A stretch of DNA of 64,000 nucleotides from Mustelus asterias (GCF_964213995.1 NW_027590137.1:186001-250000); one strand, 5' to 3'. Positions 47,438-60,444 are shown, counted from the stretch's first letter. Made by a program: numbers and translations. Notes: a model not told the origin generated them from the sequence alone.

Positions 47438-48440
47438 GGGCTCTGTATTGGGACCTCTGCTGTTTGTGATTTATATAAACGATCTAGAAGAAGGAGTAAC
47501 TGGGGTGATCAGTAAGTTTGCGGACGACACGAAACTGGCAGGACTTGCAGATAGTGAGAAACATTGTCAGAGGCTACAGAAGGATATAGATAGGCTGGGA
47601 ATTTGGGCAAAGAAATGGCAGATGGAGTTCAATCCAGATGAATGCGAAGTGACGCATTTTGGTAGAACTAAAGTAGGGGGGAGCTATACGATAAATGGCA
47701 GAACCATAAAGGGTGTAGATACGCAGAGGGACCTGGTTGTGCAAGTCCACAGATCCTTGAAGGTGACGTCACAGGTGGAGAAGGTAGTGAATAAGGCATA
47801 TGGCATGCTTGCCTTTAAAGGACGGGGCATAGAGTATAAAAGTTGGGGTCTGATGTTGCAGATGTATAGAACGTTGGTTCGGCCGCATTTGGAATACTGT
47901 GTCCAGTTCTGGTCGCCACACTACCAGAAGGACGTGGAGGCTTGAGAGAGAGTACAGAGGAGGTTTACCAGGATGTTGCCTGGTATGGAAAGGCTTAGTT
48001 ATGAGGAGAGATTGGGTAAACTGGGGTTGTTCTCACTGGAAAGACGGAGGATGAGGGGTGACCTAATAGAGGTGTATAAAATTATGAAAGGCATAGATAG
48101 GGTGAACAGTGGGAAGCTTTTTCCCAGGTCGGTGGTGACGTTCACGAGGGGTCATAGGTTCAAGGTGAGGGCGGGGGGGGGGGGGGGGGGGGAGGTTTAA
48201 CACGGATATCAGAAGGCCGTATTTTACACAGAGGGTGGTGGGGGCCTGGAATGCGCTGCCGGGCAAGGTGGTGGAGGCGGACACACTGGGAGCGTTTAAG
48301 ACTTATCCGGATAGCCACATGAACGGAGGGGGAATGGAGGGATACAAAAGAATGGTCTAGTTTGGACCAGGGAGCGGCGCGGGCTTGGAGGGCCGAAGGG
48401 CCTGTTCCTGTGCTGTATTGTTCTTTGTTGTTTGTTCTTA
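47438..48440 (+). mobile_element. CR1 LINE 3' fragment
   Basis: ORFs 47448 (FADD, QRDL) and 47973, with an expanded G-run at about 48173-48192. Confidence 0.92.
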
Positions 48441-49169
48441 TATGAATACTTCCATCTTTCATAAAGTTGTATTAATAATTTGTTGTGAATAGAATCTTTT
48501 CATCGACCCAACCAGCAAAGACTCATAACAACTAAAATGTATGTGTGTGTAGTGTGTGTGTGTGTGCTTACTGGTTATCAGCAAAGCGTGTTATTAAGTC
48601 CAAAGGTTAAGCACAGATAGAATTAAAACCTCTCTCTACAATCTGGTGTCACATTATAGGACAGGTATGGTATAGGTGTGATGCAATACAAATCTCCCTC
48701 TACATTATCCAATCACTCAATCCCAAAGTCAGTAGAGCATGCGTTAGAAAAGAAACGGTCGCCCTGACCAACGTGAGACCTCCCGATCTTGGGGAAAGTA
48801 CGTTGAGATGGGGAGTCAGACCACTGAAGGTAAAAGTAAAAGAGAGAGGGAGGGTCGGCCCTTGGCTGCGTGGGGCGGCAGACATGATGAGTAATAGAGA
48901 TTCGAGCAGAAAGAAACTTTAATTTTCAACTGGAACCATTCAGAGAAGGTCTTCTGAACTCGCATGCTGGCCGTTCATCCTTCTCTCTCTGAAGTTGATA
49001 TGACAGGTCAGCAACTCAAATCTCAGGGCTGAACTCCAGGACATTAGAATGAAAAGATCTCAGATTCAGGAATGTCGGAAAATACAAAGGACCAGACCAG
49101 AATCCCCAGGAGATGCTCATATCATCCACAACCTGTGGAAGAACATGGTGAGATGGAGGTGGATGGAAA

Positions 49170-50182
49170 GGCCTTTAACCCTATAATCCACATTTAAATT
49201 AGACCTACCAAAATGAATCATAGAACATAGAACATAGAACATAGAAAGCCACAGCACAAACAGGCCCTTCGGCCCACAAGTTGCGCCGATCACATCCCCA
49301 CCTCTAGGCCTATCTATAGCCCTCAATCCCATTAAATCCCATGTACTCATCCAGAAGTCTCTTAAAAGACCCCAACGAGTTTGCCTCCACCACCACCGAC
49401 GTCAGCCGATTCCACTCACCTACCACCCTCTGAGTGAAAAACTTACCCCTGACATCTCCTCTGTACCTACCCCCCAGCACCTTAAACCTGTGTCCTTTCG
49501 GAGCAACCATTTCAGCCCTTGGAAATAGCCTCTGAGAGTCTACCCTATCCAGACCTCTCAACATCTTGTAAACCTCTATCAGGTCACCTCTCATCCTTCG
49601 TCTCTCCAGGGAGAAGAGACCAAGCTCCCTCAACCTATCCTCATAAGGCATGCCCCCCAATCCAGGCAACATCCTTGTAAATCTCCTCTGCACCCTTTCA
49701 ATGGCTTCAACATCTTTCCTGTAATGAGGTGACCAGAACTGCGCGCAGTACTCCAAGTGGGGTCTAACCAGGGTCCTATAAAGCTGCAGCATTATCTCCC
49801 GAATCACCTCCCGAATCATCTCCAGAATCACCTCACATTTATCAAGGTTAAACTCCATTTGCCATTTTTCAGCCCAGCTTTGCATCCTATCTATGTCTCT
49901 TTGCAGCCCTCCACCTCATCCACTACTCCACCAATCTTGGTGTCATCAGCAAATTTACTGATCCACCCTTCAGCCCCCTCCTCTCAGTCATTAATAAAAA
50001 TCACAAAGAGCAGAGGACCAAGCACTGATCCCTGTGGCACTCCGCTAGCAACTTGCCTCCAATCCGAAAATTTTCCATCCACCACCACCCTCTGTCTTCG
50101 ATCAGACAGCCAGTTACCTATCCAATCGGCCAACTTTCCCTCTATCCCACACCTCCTCACTTTCATCATAAGCCGACCATTA
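49170..50182 (-). mobile_element. Nested CR1 LINEs (inner about 49219-49800 within an outer RT fragment)
   Basis: The outer frame KCEVI|HFGRSNLNVDYRVKG is split by an inner copy ending in (GTTCTAT)n. TGATTC is duplicated at both junctions. Confidence 0.85.
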
Positions 50183-51170
50183 TAAAACATATATGCTCAT
50201 ATTTTAAATGTAATTCATGTATTGAATGAATTATTGTTCATTTCAACCAAAAGCAAGTCACTGTAAGGTATGATGACAAATCGAAGAGTTGAGAGTCAAT
50301 GGCCTGGGAACCTTAGTAGTTGCAGAATTAATATCTGAAAGTTTCTGGCGAGGGAACACATTTTGCAACTTTATGAATGGGGACATTCAATGTTTAGACA
50401 TAGAACAGATCGTACTGGGACTCAGGATCACGTGTCTATCCAGTTTTGGAAATGAGCCGGTGGGAATGTTCATTTTGACCTCCTCACACAGAGATACCTG
50501 CCTCGTGAGTTTTATATTGTCTGTAGTTAACGACAGTATTGGTCATCTCAAATTATCCCACAACATTAGTCATAATTTGGAAATTTGCAATCGATGATGT
50601 GCTTATGTGAAATACACCTCATTCTCTTGGTTTCACCCCATGGTTTGCACATCTGTTCTGTATGTGTTCTCTATCTAGCTTGTGGTTTGCCTGCCTGGGA
50701 AGTATTTCATCGGACGATATATAGAGAGATACACTCTTAACCCACGCTGCAGCGACACTGACAGTGTTTTTAAGGGACAGTGTATAGGAAACTATCTTCT
50801 GCCACACACTGTCCTGCATCGGCCTCTAATGAATGAGCCTTTTGCTGTCTAGAATTACCTGAAACTCGTCAGTGACAGACCAGTTTATGCGTGAAATCAC
50901 CGCGGTTCTCCTCATTATTCATTCATTCTGTATCTGGATTTTATCATAAAAAGGCAGAGATGAAGGTGTATTTACACGGATGGGTCACTGGGTGGCGCAG
51001 TGACTCTTTCACGAAAGGGCATTGAGTTCAACCACATCCCACATATGACTGGGGAAAATCCCTATCTGGGAAAGAGGGGAAACCGTGTAATAGGGAAAAT
51101 GGGGCGGAGTTGATGTGTTTTGGAGAACGGAATTAAGCCAAGCCAGAGTTGGTTAAAATTTCATTCAATA

Positions 51171-51176
51171 TTTATT
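51171..51176 (-). terminator. Candidate poly(A) signal of the membrane IgM transcript
   Basis: AATAAA on the minus strand about 450 nt after the TM2 stop. Confidence 0.55.
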
Positions 51177-51629
51177 TTAAAAATTCAGAGAATATTTTAC
51201 AGCAACATTATTTTTTTAAAGTTAGAAAAGTGAACATAACGATCGAGCTTCACATTGAGAACAGAACAGATGCACAGGGAATCCGTCAGTATCTGTACAT
51301 CTGTTACATACACCAGAAAGAGAAAACAGGACCTTAATAGAAAGAGGAATTATCAAATGTGAATAAGGAATGAGAAAAATTTCTTATTTCTACATGATCT
51401 TTAAACTACGGGGAAACTATTAACCACAATTACATTATAACAAAAAATGCCTCGTACATTTCACACTGAAAACTGAATTAACGTCTATGATTGCCTCAGT
51501 TACAGATTCAGAATGATAAACTGAGAGAATTTTACTGATAGAGTCACCGAGAGCAGATATTGTATTTGATCCACACAGAGATCTTGATAATCAGCTGCAG
51601 GAAATCTGCAGCTTCCAAAATTCAACCCA

Positions 51630-51638
51630 TCATTTGAT
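51630..51638 (-). CDS. IGHM: IgM heavy chain TM2 exon (IK*)
   Basis: tttcttttacAG|ATC AAA TGA gives the cytoplasmic tail K-I-K. Confidence 0.85.
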   Translation of the reverse strand: MK

Positions 51639-51779
51639 CTGTAAAAGAAAGATACAATAATGAAGCAGATGTTGATGATGCGGGACGTTAATGTTAGAGT
51701 TTTTAATCAGCGAAACATTGAGAATTTTTTTCAAATCCATTCTGCCAGTTTGAAATGTGAGTGAATTGAATCATCTCAC

Positions 51780-51907
51780 CTTCACCAGAGTGACTGCAGT
51801 GCTGTAGAAAATGCTCAGGAAGAACAGCACGATGAATGTAGAAGCGGTTGTCCAGATGTTGCTGTTATCATCCCCATTGTCGTCAATCCAGACGCGGTCG
51901 GTGGAGT
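51780..51907 (-). CDS. IGHM: IgM heavy chain TM1 exon
   Basis: cccctAG|...|GTgaga; translates DSTDRVWIDDNGDDNSNIWTTASTFIVLFFLSIFYSTAVTLVK (CART motif). Confidence 0.93.
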
Positions 51908-52479
51908 CTAGGGGACGGAGACCAGGAAGTGAAATTAGATTACTTTATTTATCCAGGTGATCTTATTGTTATTTTTATGTGCCCCGTTCTCCTTTTTAAG
52001 CTGTTCATTTAATCTCGAATTTAATTTTCAATGTGTATCTACTGTTAAATTCAGGACACTCAGTAACCGATCTCCGTAACTATTTTCACACCTGATCTTT
52101 ATTGATATTCCTTGGACAGTCCATGTCAGAAAACACTGAAGATGTTTAATTGAGTATCAGTTCATTTTTGAACTATTTGCCACTATCCCTTATTGAAGAA
52201 TGTTATGACTGATATCGAGGAACGTTCACTGATCAATGATTGTTTTCACAGATGGTTACTGATCTATAAACTGTAAATGTTGTTGTTTAAGACTTGGGAT
52301 GTAATTTCCGATCTGTGCTTCTTTATGGTGGAAATAGATCATGAGCTTAATTCAGCTTCTCAATGTGTTTGTCTGTTCATTGTACATTTGGAGAGTTAAT
52401 CTGTGGATATGTGCATTAAAAAATCACCCTTAAATTTTACATTCATCATTTGCCTACCGTTTGTATTTAAGATCATACG

Positions 52480-53332
52480 TTTGTGTGCGTGTGCATGAGC
52501 ATCTCCTGGTCTGCATTATTCTTTAGCTTTGAGTTAATATGTGTGCAAGAGTGTTAATGTACGTGTTCATTTGCCTATGGTTGTTGATTTGTGAAGTTGT
52601 GTGTCTGCATCTGTGTGTATATTTTATTCTTGTGTCATTGTGTATGTATGATTCTATTATTGTGTGAAGTCTATGAATATTTCTTAACGCCATTCTTAAT
52701 GGGCGCACGTGTGTTTATGCCTCTTGCTATGTGTTAATTTCTGTCACTCTAGTAATGTTTGTTTCCCTTTCTGTGTGCGTCTGTCTCTCCGTGTGTCTGT
52801 GTGTATGTCTGTTAACAGGTCAGTACATGTATGTACGTGTTGATAGTTCTTTATAACGGTGTGTTGATGTATGTTTGTGTTTCGATGTGTAGTAATGTGT
52901 GCGATGGTGTTCTGTTCTGTATGAGCATGTTAATGTTTGCGTCTACATGTTTGCGTGTAAATGTTTTGCAGTCTGTTCATCTATATGCAGTCTGCTAATT
53001 TGTTTATATATATTTCCATGTATGTTTGTTAATGTGTATAACATTGTGCGTCTTTATATCGATACTCCTGTCAGCGTGAATGTGTGCTAATATATGTATT
53101 TATTTGAGATGATGTATGTGCTTGTCTATTTATCTGGGTCTGCATGCGTGTGTAACTGTCTGTATTGTGTCTCTGAATGTATGTGTTTGTGTTTGGGTCT
53201 GTGTACCTACTCACGTATGTGAATGTGTATGTACTTGTGTGTTTTATGTGTATATGTGTGCGTTTGTACATATTTGATTATCTACGTATGTTGTTGTTTT
53301 AGTGCCTGTTTGTACAAGCGCGAGTCTATGTA

Positions 53333-53383
<51 letters not shown>

Positions 53384-53890
53384 ATGTGTGTGTGTACCTA
53401 TGTATATTTGTGTACGGATGTATTTATGTATGGGTGTATTTTTGTGTGGGTGTATTTGTGTCTGTGTGTATTTGTGTGTGTATTTTTGTTTGTGCCTGCG
53501 TTGTCCATGAGTGCATTTGTGTGCGCATTCTTGTTTCTCTGCATGTGTGTTCGTTTGTGCAAGTATTGCATGTACCTATGGTGTGTGAAAGTGTATCTGT
53601 GTGTATGCATGTATCTGTGTGTTCTGTGCATGTGTATGTGCTGTGTGTGAGTGCTTCTATGTCTGTATTTGAATGCGCCTGTCCGTATTTCTGTATATGT
53701 GCATGCATTTGTGTGAGTGTATTTACATGTGTCTTTCTGCATTTGTGTGCATATTTGTGAGTATGTGTATTTGTGCGTGTATTTGTGCATTTGTGTCGAT
53801 GTGTGTGTGTGTGTCTGTGTGTGTGTGCGCCTATGTGTGTATTTATAATTGTGACAGTTTTGTGCGGTATTGTCAGTGTGTGTATTTTTT
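52480..53890. repeat. Degenerate (TG)n/(TA)n-rich simple repeat in the CH4-TM1 intron
   Basis: Long cryptic TG repeat with pure (TG)n(GA)n at about 53336-53383. Confidence 0.9.
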
Positions 53891-55015
53891 AACTGTTGCT
53901 TCAAGTTTCACCGGTAATCATTAACTGAACATGATCCAAACAATATGAATAATGGAGCACATTTTCAGTGTTTGCTGTATAAATTTCTTTTATGTGAGTG
54001 GCACGGTGATATCAGGAGAGCGAATGAAATAATTCATTGATGCATCTCAGAAACCTCAGTGACAGAACAGTGAAAACCGGGGAGGATTCTATTATTTGTT
54101 TAAATTTGTATTCTGGGAAATCAATGCCAGCACATGATTAACAGGAACAAGAGTGTTGCAACATTTTTAAATTATGTTGCATAAGTATATATGTATATAA
54201 GTACACACATATATACATATATTATATATATATATATAAGTACATGTGTATTATATACTTCAATGACACTTTGATAATGATAATGATACTTCAAAATCTG
54301 CAGCAAGTAAACGGAAGCTAATTTGCACTGTTGACAACTGAGTCCTTATAGTAGAGAGCCGTTCCCTTCCAAACACGCTACTTGGGGAGAGTGAGGTGAG
54401 TGAGCTCATAGTTTCCCTCTCTCAACCTGGTGAAGCAATGTCCCTGATGGTTCTAACCACTGAGGAGGTGGAGGTACAGTGGATTAAATAAGGCCATTCC
54501 TCCTCTTTTCATTGAGGAAGTGGTGGTACATGGGTTAGCTACTGCTCCTCCCCTCTCTTTGTTGGGTGAGTAGGAATCCGGTATGTTCACAATTTCATTC
54601 TCCCTCTCTCTGATGGGGGGATTATTGCTCCATGTTTCTGTGTGACCCTCACTCCAGTTCCCAGTGGGTGTGGTGCAGCAGCTTAAATATGACATCAATG
54701 CGTAAAGGCATGGACAACGAGAGAAGCAGGAACACCGAGATCTAAATGTTGTGTTCGTTTGTTAGAAATGTTCAAATTGTCGGATTTTTCCTCAGGGAGG
54801 AACGTCGGTGAAGATATTTTGCAGAATCCTGTAATGAATGTGCTCTACTCTGTCTCGAACACAGGGTGTATCTGAGCTGGGCGCACTGGTTCAACAAGAC
54901 TTGGGCCTGAGACCTGAAAATATCTGACTCAAACCAAAGATATCTAATGGACGTAAAACTGAAAAACAATCAATTAGGCGTTTGGATATTTCATTTATCG
55001 TTAGAGGAAAAAGAT

Positions 55016-55030
55016 TTTATTCTTTTTATT
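55016..55030 (-). terminator. Poly(A) signals of the secreted IgM transcript
   Basis: Two AATAAA on the minus strand about 30-45 nt after the tailpiece stop. Confidence 0.7.
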
Positions 55031-55057
55031 GAAGTTTTTAATGTAACCGAGTGATTC

Positions 55058-55449
55058 TCATTGACATGAATTAACGGTGTCCATCAGTGCAAGGGAAATG
55101 TTCACAAAACTGGGTTTACCGCTGGATTTGTCAACTGTTCTGTTGATGATCTTCAAGGGGATGGCTTCATGTCCCACCACACAGGAGTAAGACGCACCGC
55201 TGGACCACTCCTCTGCTGCAATGGATAACAGGCTGTACATGAAGAAGGAGCTATTGCCGTTCTCCGCGACCACCTCGGTGTTCCTGTAGTTCCCAGGATT
55301 CACTGGCTTGTCGTTGACAGTCCATTTGACGAAGATCTCTCGCGGGGAGAAACGTCTTACTAAGCAGCTGAGGGAGACGAATCTCTGAGCGGAGACTTCT
55401 TCTGCCGAGGGCAGGAGGACAGAAACGAACGGTTCCCGCGGATTTGGAT
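55058..55449 (-). CDS. IGHM: IgM heavy chain CH4 exon plus secretory tailpiece
   Basis: ctgcAG|; [67 protein letters not shown]. The internal donor AGCG|GTAAA at 55120/55119 serves TM splicing. The tailpiece has a penultimate Cys and an NIS sequon. Confidence 0.96.
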
Positions 55450-55942
55450 CTGCAGAAAAAGTACAATAGATGTCAATAAACTGGAGGATTCTGGAGACAA
55501 TGAAACTGCTGGCTAGGTATCAGAAAAATGTGCTTCGCTTTCGATTTTAAATGTTTCCATCTTTGACTTCCAGCTTGGAGGAGAGGTGAACGCAATTGTT
55601 TTCTCAAATAACTCAGCGGGTTGGACTGGAAAGCTTCAGAAAGTTTACAGCACTGAATCAGGCTCTTCGGCCCAACTGATCTGCTTTTTTATTGGGTTTC
55701 ATGCTCCACATCAGGCTCCTCCCTCCTTATTCGATCTATATCCAATAAGATCGCCTTCAGTTCACTTTTCATTCATCAACACATCAAATATCCCCGTAAA
55801 ACTATCTGCAGGACCAGAGTCTTTAGTTAGTGGAGTTTCCACTCGGGAGACCATTAATGCACTGAATACTAAATATTGACCAGTACACTTACACTGGAAA
55901 TAGACACAGTGACGCATTTATTGCTTCAATCTCTCAGCTCAC

Positions 55943-56251
55943 CTGTTTCCTTGTGGATGGATTTTCTTAAAGGAGTCGGTAGATCCTGATGGCTCACCAC
56001 GCAGTGAAACACAGCCGCACTCAGCCAGGCTTGTGTCGAGATGTTTAATTTGCTGACCACGCTGTCAGGATCCGCTCCTGGCTTTTCGGCAATCTCTGAT
56101 TTCAAATACTTCCTGTCTCGGATCCAGGACACATTGACTCCATAAGGAGCATTAGAAATGATGCAGGTTAAGGTCACTGTTGCCTCCAGTAAGACCTGTT
56201 CTATTGGTGGTGGCTGTATCGTCACTGTGGAATCATGGCACTGGCAAGGAC
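55943..56251 (-). CDS. IGHM: IgM heavy chain CH3 exon
   Basis: ttcacAG|...|GTgagc, 309 nt; [32 protein letters not shown]. Confidence 0.95.
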
Positions 56252-56684
56252 CTGTGAATGACAAATGAAAATCAACCCAAGTTCCCTCTTCAGAAGCAGG
56301 ACAGTAATATTCAGCCTGAAGGAGAAAAAGTCGCCTTCGAGATATCAACCTCTAAGTATCGCCTTTAAACTTCTATAGACGATGGAAAACCAGCTTGTTC
56401 TGTGAAATTATTCTCTTTATTAAAATATTTTAGCAGCGGTATCATTCTCATGAATCAGCATTGCAGCATTCCAAACCATGCCCCTACTCAGGAACACAGC
56501 ACTTGTCATTGATTTATTATTAGGGTGAATGCACTTTCCAACATTTAACCCCTCCGCTTTGACCTGTGAAACAGTCCAACACCAACTGTTTCTCCAAATC
56601 TTACCAGCCGTCTCAGGAAAAAAGCTGACATCAAGGCCGCCTCGCTCACTATGTTACTTCAAAATAGAAAGAAACACTCTTTCA

Positions 56685-56990
56685 AGGGGAGGCAGTGGTA
56701 TTGTCAATGGACTTGTAATCCAAGAGACCGAGGACAAGACTCTAATTGAAGAGACACGGATTCGAATCTCACCACTGCAAATGGTGAAATTTGAATTCAA
56801 TAAAAATCTATAATTAAAAGTCAAATGATCATCATGAAGCCGTTGTTGTAAAAGCCCACCTGGTTCACGAATGCCCTTTAAAAAAGTAAATCTGCTGTCT
56901 TTATCTGGCCTGGCATGCATGTGACTCCAGGTCCACAGCAACGTGGTTGACACTTAAGTGCCCTCAGGGATGGGAAATAAATGCACATCT
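56685..56990 (+). mobile_element. SINE-like repeat in the CH2-CH3 intron
   Basis: tRNA-like head (GCAGTGGT..GGATTCGAATC) and AATAAATG tail. Confidence 0.5.
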
Positions 56991-57174
56991 CATGAAGGAA
57001 TAACAAAAATTGCTGTTGTGATGAAATTCTGAATGGGGCGCTGTCCTAATGCAGCAAACCACATGACAGCAAATTAGAAGTTGTTCTGTGCTTTGTACTA
57101 ACTTTAATAGACCCCTAATTCCGATTAACATCGGAATGGTATATTTTATTTTATCCTCGGTTTGAGTCTCTTAC

Positions 57175-57486
57175 CCAGAGATCCGCTGATGTTCTGACTC
57201 TGAGTGAATTCTTGATGAGTGACCTGGCAGGTATAGACCGCTTTGCTGATCCATTCCTGAGCGGAGACTGTCAGCCGACTGCTGGCCGAGAAGTTCCTGT
57301 TCACCTCATAGGCGGGAGAGGTGACAATTCCTGAATCCATGGGTTGTCCATTCTTCAGCCACTTCACCGTCATTGACTTTGGCTGGAAATCGATGATTGA
57401 ACAGACGATGATTGCAAATTTTCTGGTGGTGATTTCTTCACTGGAACTCACGGTGAGGATAACGGTTGGGGTGATAACGATTGGGC
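57175..57486 (-). CDS. IGHM: IgM heavy chain CH2 exon
   Basis: gttgaAG|...|GTaaga, 312 nt; [28 protein letters not shown]. Confidence 0.95.
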
Positions 57487-57589
57487 CTTCAACAAACAAA
57501 TGTTCAGACGTTACTTGAAGATTCAATTGACATTAATTATAAATTAGTTCTTTTATTTGAGCAAAATAGCTGCCGATTTGAGAATTATA

Positions 57590-58300
57590 TCCATGGTTTG
57601 GTTGAATTGGCAGGGAAATGGCGAATGGAATTCAACGGTCAAAAGTGCCATACAATGCATTTGGGGAGGGAAAACAAAGCAAGGCAATAAACTGGAATGT
57701 TAAGTGGGATTGAGGAAATGCAAGACCTTAGAGTGCACGTCCACAGGTCCTTGTAGATGGTAGGGCAGCTGGAAAAGTTGATCAAGAAAGCATATCGGAT
57801 TAGTTTCTCTATTATGTGAGATATTGAATGCAAAAACAGTGATGCAATGATGGAGATGCATAAAACCTAGTTAGGCCACGTTTCGAGTTTGCTGTACAGT
57901 TCTGGTCACCACATTGCAGGAATAACGTAATGACTCTGGAGAGAGATGAGGTTTACAAGAATGTTGCCAGGGCCTGAAAATTGCAGCCATGAGGCGAGAT
58001 TGGATAGGCAGGGGTTGTTTTCTTTAGGAAAAGAGGAGGCTGAGGCGTGACATAATTGTGGTTCACAAAAAAATAAGGGACGTAGGCAGAAATAATTCAT
58101 TCCCCAAGTGGAGGGCTCAATTACCAGGGAGCATGGTCATTTAAAAGGTATCTGGGTCTGCATCTCAATTGCTTTAAGCTGCAATGCTACGGAGCAAGGG
58201 CTGGAAAATAGACTTAACTTGTCTGGCTAGTTTATTTGTTCTCCCCTTTGACCAGCACAGACATGATGGGCTAAATGGCCTCATTCTGCACAGTATCATT
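57590..58300 (+). mobile_element. Old CR1 fragment in the CH1-CH2 intron
   Basis: KWRMEFN..KC..MHLG, QFWSPH and RFTRMLPG remnants with many stops. Confidence 0.75.
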
Positions 58301-58458
58301 TCTGTTGTTCTTTGATTCTGAGCAACTTTTCAGTCAGTAGACACTTACCTGGATTTTGCATAATTCAATTTTTCAGAATGCTACAGATCAGTTATAACAA
58401 AGGCCTTATAGAGTTCAATCAGAGCGCCCCTGTCTTGCCCAGGTTCCACAACACTTAC

Positions 58459-58758
58459 ATTGCATTTCAATGCTCTTGACTGAGCCGCTGTGTCGAACCT
58501 CACAGTCGATTTTGCTGCACTCTCCCTTCGACTGGGTGATGGTTAACTGGCTGCTCAGGGTGTAGGTTCCCTTCGTGTTTCTCACTGATGGGTAAGTCTT
58601 AAATCCAGTGGTGATCAGCTGTCCATTTTTCTTCCAGGTGAGACTGGTGATTTCTGGGGAGTAGTCCATCGCCAAACAGCCATAGGTGACGGAGCCGCCG
58701 GTGTTGGGTTGCTGACAGGAGGAGATCAGGCTGTACAGATTGGGCAGAGACGGTGTCG
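58459..58758 (-). CDS. IGHM: IgM heavy chain CH1 exon
   Basis: ttcccAG|...|GTaagt, 300 nt; [47 protein letters not shown]. Confidence 0.95.
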
Positions 58759-59284
58759 CTGGGAAAGAATAGTCGATTCAACAAGTTAGACTCTTACCTG
58801 CGTTTATTAATTAGTCAAACATATTTATACAAGTAAGTTTCTATATTAGGTATAGCTCTTGGGGCTAAAGGGATCAATGGATATGGGTAGTAGACGGGGT
58901 CAGGATATTGATGAGCTGTGATCAAAGTGAATGGTAGAGCAGGGTCAGAGGGCCGAATGGCCTACTGCTGCTTCTATTTTCTATGTTTCTACATCACGAT
59001 TTGTCTAGAATTATGAACTTAACTTAATATTTCCCGATTAAGACCTACATACACCTTTCAGCTTTTGTTACTCCTATCATTTGAGAATCGCCATCTTTGT
59101 AGAAACTCACATCACTGTCTCGACCTCTATCAGATTGGAAAGACAAAAACATTTTGATGTCATTGTAATGACATACCATTCATTAGATTAACAGAGAAGT
59201 GTAAAGAGTTTCTCCATTACTTCAGGCACTCGCTATTTCTCAAACAACAGCACTTTGTGATGAAGAAGTTGTCTCTTCATTCAT

Positions 59285-59410
59285 ATCAGCCACTCACCTG
59301 ATGAAAGAGCTCCAAAAGCTCACGATTCCAAATAAGTCTGTTGTACTTTAACCTGGTGTTGTGAGACTCCTTACTGTGCCCACCCCAACCTGGCGTCGGC
59401 ATATCCACAT
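59285..59410 (+). mobile_element. Degenerate Penelope pLTR 3' fragment
   Basis: CACTCACCTGATGAA..AAAGCT..CTTTAACCTGGTGTTGTGAGACT matches the other pLTR ends. Confidence 0.7.
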
Positions 59411-59734
59411 TGTAGTTTTGGATATTGCCCATGTACAAACTAACTGATGTCCCTTCCTCTCTCCAACTCACTGCCCCTCACTCCACAAAACGAAGATGAG
59501 TGACTTTGCTTCAAAACTACCTTCGGAATGAATACTTACTGAATGACCAGGAAACTCTCAATGTGATTACAAATTCAAATAATTGCAACATTGACTAATT
59601 GAAGGGTCAGACATTAATAGCAAGAGTTGGCCATTCGGGCCCTGAAGTCTCCTCCATTATTCACTGAGATTACAGATGATCTGGTTGTGGTGCTAGCTCT
59701 ATTTTGCACATCCTCACTCCCCACGTCGATCACC

Positions 59735-60335
59735 CACTCTCTGCCCATTTCCCCCGATTCTCTGCCCTTTCCCCTGGCTCTCTGCTATTCCCTGTGGCTC
59801 TTTACCCCTTTCACCCGGCTCTCCGCACTTCCACCTGGCTCTCTACACTTCCCTCCAGCTCTGTGCCCTCTCCCCCGGCTATCTGCCCTTTCCCTCGGCT
59901 CCCTACACTTTCCCCCGGCTCTCTGCCCGGTGTCCCTGCTCCCTATCCACTTTCCCCTTTCCCTTGGCTCTCTGACCGTTACCCCGGCTCTCTGCCCTTT
60001 CCCCCTGACTCTCTGCCTTTCTCCCTGAATCTCTGCCCTTTCCCCTGGGCTCTCTTTCACAATTCCTCGGCTCCCTGTCGTTTCCCCGGCTTCCCTGCCC
60101 TTATTCCTGGCTCTCTCCCCTTTCCCTGGTCCCTCTGCCCTTTCCCCTGGTTCTTTGCCTTTCACCTGGCTCCCTGCCCTTTCTCCTGGCTCTCTGCCCT
60201 CCTCCGCACCCCTCCTTCCCCCCCCCCCCCCCGCCTCTGCTCTCTGCCCTCCCCCCTCCCCCCCCTGCTCTCTGCCCTTTACCACGCCTCCTGTTCTCCC
60301 CCGCTCTTTGCCATTGTCCTTGGCCCTGAGCCCCC
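59735..60335 (-). repeat. ~19-bp degenerate tandem repeat, G/purine-rich on the IgM sense strand
   Basis: Unit approximately GGCTCTCTGCCCTTTCCCC on the plus strand, repeated for about 600 bp. Confidence 0.85.
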
Positions 60336-60444
60336 AGGGATTTCCCCCAGCTCTCCACATTCGCAGGGCAGCTCCCACATTTGAACACCAAACTGCCGCT
60401 TGAGATCGTTCTTCTCTCTCGTTGCAGACCTCCACACACAGGTT

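Noticed and set aside
52523-53924. Cys/Val- or His/Thr-rich ORFs (also 59627-62192 and 63492-63959)
   Set aside because: Translations of simple repeats.
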